In this document: positions 20,669 through 23,859 of the stretch, piece after piece
How the letters are laid out: every line of letters starts with the position of its first letter
How positions within the stretch are numbered: position 1 is the first letter of the stretch
Origin: Azolla caroliniana
Taxonomy: Eukaryota; Plantae; Polypodiophyta
Direction of reading: 5' to 3'
DNA: 23,859 nucleotides
Assembly: GCA_043228905.1 (NCBI GenBank)
Contig: JBHGNT010000464.1
Location: forward strand, 1 to 23,859
Notes under the pieces: generated by a model
The model's database searches: none
What the model was told of the DNA's origin: nothing
What the model saw: only the letters and a program-made list of their open reading frames with translations
Position numbers and translations under genes: made by a program

Positions 20669-21209
20669 TTTGGTGTCATGGTCGTCGAGCGAGAATCGAG
20701 GATTGAATGGGCGCCCAAAGGCCAGGGCACGATAGCCCGCGAACGTATAAGGAGTCTTTGAAGCGGTAATGGTAGCTCCTATGTCGACTGCGGCTATTTG
20801 CGAGCCGAAAGAATCGAGCGTTGACGAGCAAAAGTATTGCAAGGAGAAGAGAGACGGGTTTGCGAAAATCGTTTGTACGGAATTGACAGAAGTACAGACA
20901 GCCGTGATGCCTCTCAGTTGTAGGAAGATAGAGGCGCAGCACTGCTTTAGAATGGGCCTTAGAGAGCCTGAGAAGCGAGATGGCATAGACAGGACAAGAG
21001 GCGAGGGCGTCGATGTCTGTTATTCTCAGTGGAGAGGAACTCAGTCTGCTACTCCCTTCGAAGTCAGCAACGAAATGCAAGCGTCCTGGTCAAGCGAAAG
21101 AATAATAAGTTGGGAATAACGAGAGTAACAGATTGACCCAGGGGTTTACATGCAATAAGTAGGTCAGATGAGAGATGCGACGTTGGGCTTTTGCATGCAG
21201 GCCATCCTG

Positions 21210-21282
21210 CTCCGATCCGACATCCAACTCCGATCCGGCATGCCGGACGTCCGTGCATCTCCGACCGGACGCCCCACTCCGA
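21210..21282. promoter_or_regulatory. CTCCGA x4 / CCG-rich repeat and palindrome cluster in a divergent intergenic region (candidate Zn2Cys6 binding array)
   Basis: CTCCGA at 21210, 21228, 21259 and 21277. Perfect palindromes TCCGGCATGCCGGA (21234-21247) and CGGACGTCCG (21244-21253). Nine CCG triplets in ~70 bp. Confidence 0.55.
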
Positions 21283-21697
21283 GATGCCACAGGCGCCGAT
21301 GTCAAACCTAGTCCCTTACTCCTCTTCCGACACAGTCCGCTGCATTGAGTGGGTTTGTAAGGCTAGCATCGTAGGATGCTGAGGGCATAGACCTGGGTCT
21401 GGATAAGTAGCTGTCTATCTTGTGGATTAAGCCGCTTGGATTCCTGGCATTCGTCAAGGGTGGGTGTTTTATATAAGCCAAGCCGTGGGCGTACGGCCCC
21501 GAAGAATGCCATGGGTGTATTGAACTGGCAGGGTTCTCAAGGTAAGTTTTCAGCCCCGTGTGTTTGTTTGCTATCCTAGCCGTGTTGAGGAGGGTCTCAG
21601 AGGTGACAATATCATGAAGGAGACCGCGGGCTTATGGTCATTGACTTTCGCTCAGTCGTTTTTTCAGCACCCCATACGCTGGCAGCAGGATTTTACA

Positions 21698-22631
21698 ATG
21701 ACAGCAGATATACGGCCCCATCAGCTTCATCGGTTTTCAAAGTCTACGATGGAGTCTGCATGCTTCCTCATCATGCGCGAGAAATCGACAGGCTCACCAG
21801 GCAGCACGTCTTGATAGCCACAAGGGCCGAGGCCTTGCTAATCGATCTCAGTCTAACTTCTGGCGAAGCTCTACTGTGAGTCCTCGATGCTGGATGTGCC
21901 GATGGTAACTTGAATCCCCTCAAGTTTCACTGGAGTATCTGTTTGCTAACGCTTTGACATAGGAATCTGGCTGTCAAGTCTGGAGGAACAATTCTCAAGC
22001 CCCGGTATGGAGCTTTATGACATTGGCATCGGCTCAGTCATCTTACCCTCATCCGATACTCAATCTCAAGACGATATCTATCTACGCGACCACAACATCA
22101 CCAAGCCCTTCCTCTCTTTCTGGGAATAGCCCAACACCAACATCATCCATCAGCGCTTCCTCGTCTAAGGGTCTCAAAGCGCCCGAGTGTCCCACTGCTG
22201 TACGCAACTACACCTACATTCTCCAACCCGGTGGCGCCATTCCGCTCTTCGGAATCGAGTTCATCCCTCAAAAGCAACCGGCTCCCCAGTAACCGGACTC
22301 TCGCCCACAGCTGCAGAAGCAGGCTGCGATGCAGAAATGGGCGGCGGCTAGCTTTGGCATTTACATTGATATTGACTGATGTTTGGGCTATATCATGAAG
22401 GAATCGGGTCTCGAGGATTTAGAAAGACTGCAATTTGATCATGGGTGCGGTGTCCTGGCGAGGAATAAGGGACAGAAAGATGAGAGGACCAAGTGTTTCC
22501 GCACTGTCGATGAGAATATGCCGGCAGGAAGCATCCCAGTGATAGCGGTCGCGCTGGAGGCATTTTAATTCTTGGAGCTGGGATACCAGGCTAACTTGAA
22601 CTTTCATGCGGTTAGTCCATACTGCGTATGA
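21698..22631 (+). pseudogene. Degraded class I SAM-dependent methyltransferase (LaeA-like/Methyltransf_23-type architecture) pseudogene, intron 21905-21962
   Basis: Manual translation gives MLPHHAREIDRLTRQH (21760-21807), LL*VLDAGCADG/IWL (motif I, across GTAACT..GCTAAC..TAG), ELYDIGIGS, DHNITKPF, IIHQRFLV*, GLKAPECPTAVRNY..ILQPGG and ESGLEDLE. Stops at 21877, 22127, 22166, 22290, 22377 and 22566; frameshift near 22169. Ends are approximate. Confidence 0.85.
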
Positions 22632-23859
22632 GAATTACATGTTGCTGGTAGCGGAAAGGGGGCATGGGAAGGGAGTCCCGCATGTTACGCCGTATCGCCT
22701 TTGGGGATGACATTGATTTCGGTTGCGTTCATTCTTGAGCAGTTAATGCGGGGATAGAGTGATGAAAAAGCGAACAGCCAGAGTTGATCAACTCAGCTCC
22801 AGACGAGAATTCAAAAGACGCCTGTCCTGTTGCTGAGTGAATTTTCCCTGACGAATCTTGGCGGGACCTGGCAAAGCCCTAACCCTCGAGTCATGGCGTC
22901 ATTGAAGTACACAAACTTTCATCGCCTTCCGAGGCAGTTGATCATAGGGTTGAGTTCGGTACGGAAACCTCTCTGCATTGTTAATCTGTAGGAAGAATGA
23001 GGATCTACTCCTCTGCTCTTTTAGCAAAGTCCCAGAGCCACGAGGTACGGGAGCCAAGTCAGCCACAACCGGCAGCCGATCCGATCGCCACGTTCACTGA
23101 CCTGACCACATTGTCTTAATTGTCTTCCACGTTCAATTGCCAGCAGTGTCATCACCAGGCAATCGGGAAAATCAATATCATGGGCGGAGAGAAACCTCCA
23201 TGCCCTGCTGAGGACCATCCTCTCTAAGCTTTCTAGTACCAACGAATCCACTCTTGACTCGGTTCTGCACGGACAGGCAATGTGACAAGGTCGCTTTTAT
23301 CGCGTCTTTTTTGGTCCTTCTCGACCGTCTGACTATCCTTTGACTTTATTACGATCGATATGGCCGTCATCATGTAACCAATGTGAAAAAACTACTGGGG
23401 GGCACTGGGCCAGTTTATGACGACATGACCAGGGCCCCTCCCCCTCCTTGTCTGATACCCGGGGAGCCGAAGACGCGAGCCCGTTGCCGTGTCTCCCGGG
23501 ACCATCTATGCCCTTCCCTAAGGAACGTTGTTGAGAGAATGTTAGCGTAGGTTGCGATCTGCACCTCGCGGGGAGTATGCAGACTTGAAGGAGTGAATGG
23601 TTAGAACGCTTGTGATATTCATGAAAAGAATGAAACTGAGACGACTATAGATCCTGTATCTTTGAGGTCAACTTCTTCGCTGACCAACATTCCCCCCAAG
23701 AACTATTACGCACACGTTCCATGATTCAGACCCCTACACTAGAACAATCATCTCGTTCCTCACCGGTTCTTCCGATCGACAATAAATCCCGTCACTACGT
23801 CCGAAGCGCCCTATTCTCACACCAAGTCCAGCACTAAAGTGGTCCCCTCCCCCCTCCCG

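Noticed and set aside
20669-20986. Upstream 106-aa extension of the 275-aa ORF
   Set aside because: UTR-like low-information sequence; the ATG at 20668 (CAAAATG) has the better context and precedes the protein-like region. Not excluded without transcript data.
21876-21881. GTGAGT as intron donor that would rescue the stop at 21877
   Set aside because: Using it would delete the SAM-binding motif VLDAGCADG and shift frame; the donor at 21905 preserves the motif.
22700-23859. Short ORFs (e.g. 23021-23251) and possible further gene relics at the right end
   Set aside because: The frames I translated (mainly 22700-23280) showed no recognisable motifs or consistent splice structure; treated as intergenic.

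Overview
Eukaryotic DNA from a filamentous ascomycete. The short GT..AG introns with CTRAC/CTGAT branch sites and the Zn2Cys6 factor show this; Sordariomycete is my inference. I resolve eight apparently intact genes: (1) DUF1399/GRDP-like protein, (2) a 4-exon membrane protein with an F-box-like segment and Cys-rich C-terminus, (3) a small 4-TM MARVEL-like protein, (4) a 944-aa intronless protein with a ZZ-like finger, a possible permuted-papain (PPPDE-like) His/Cys pair and a 55-aa Cys/Gly tail, (5) an HPP-family membrane protein, (6) a Dal5-like allantoate/dipeptide MFS permease carrying what looks like an exonised intron remnant, (7) an M20 Gly-Xaa carboxypeptidase and (8) a C2H2-like + Zn2Cys6 transcription factor. 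Two damaged loci follow: (9) a ~450-codon hypothetical gene split by a single in-frame TGA, and (10) a heavily decayed class I SAM-methyltransferase pseudogene that the ORF track does not show as a unit. Loci 9 and 10 are divergent around a dense CTCCGA/CCG repeat-and-palindrome cluster. No rRNA, tRNA, CRISPR or transposon is supported. Exon boundaries were read by hand. Family calls rest on motif recognition, not database searches.
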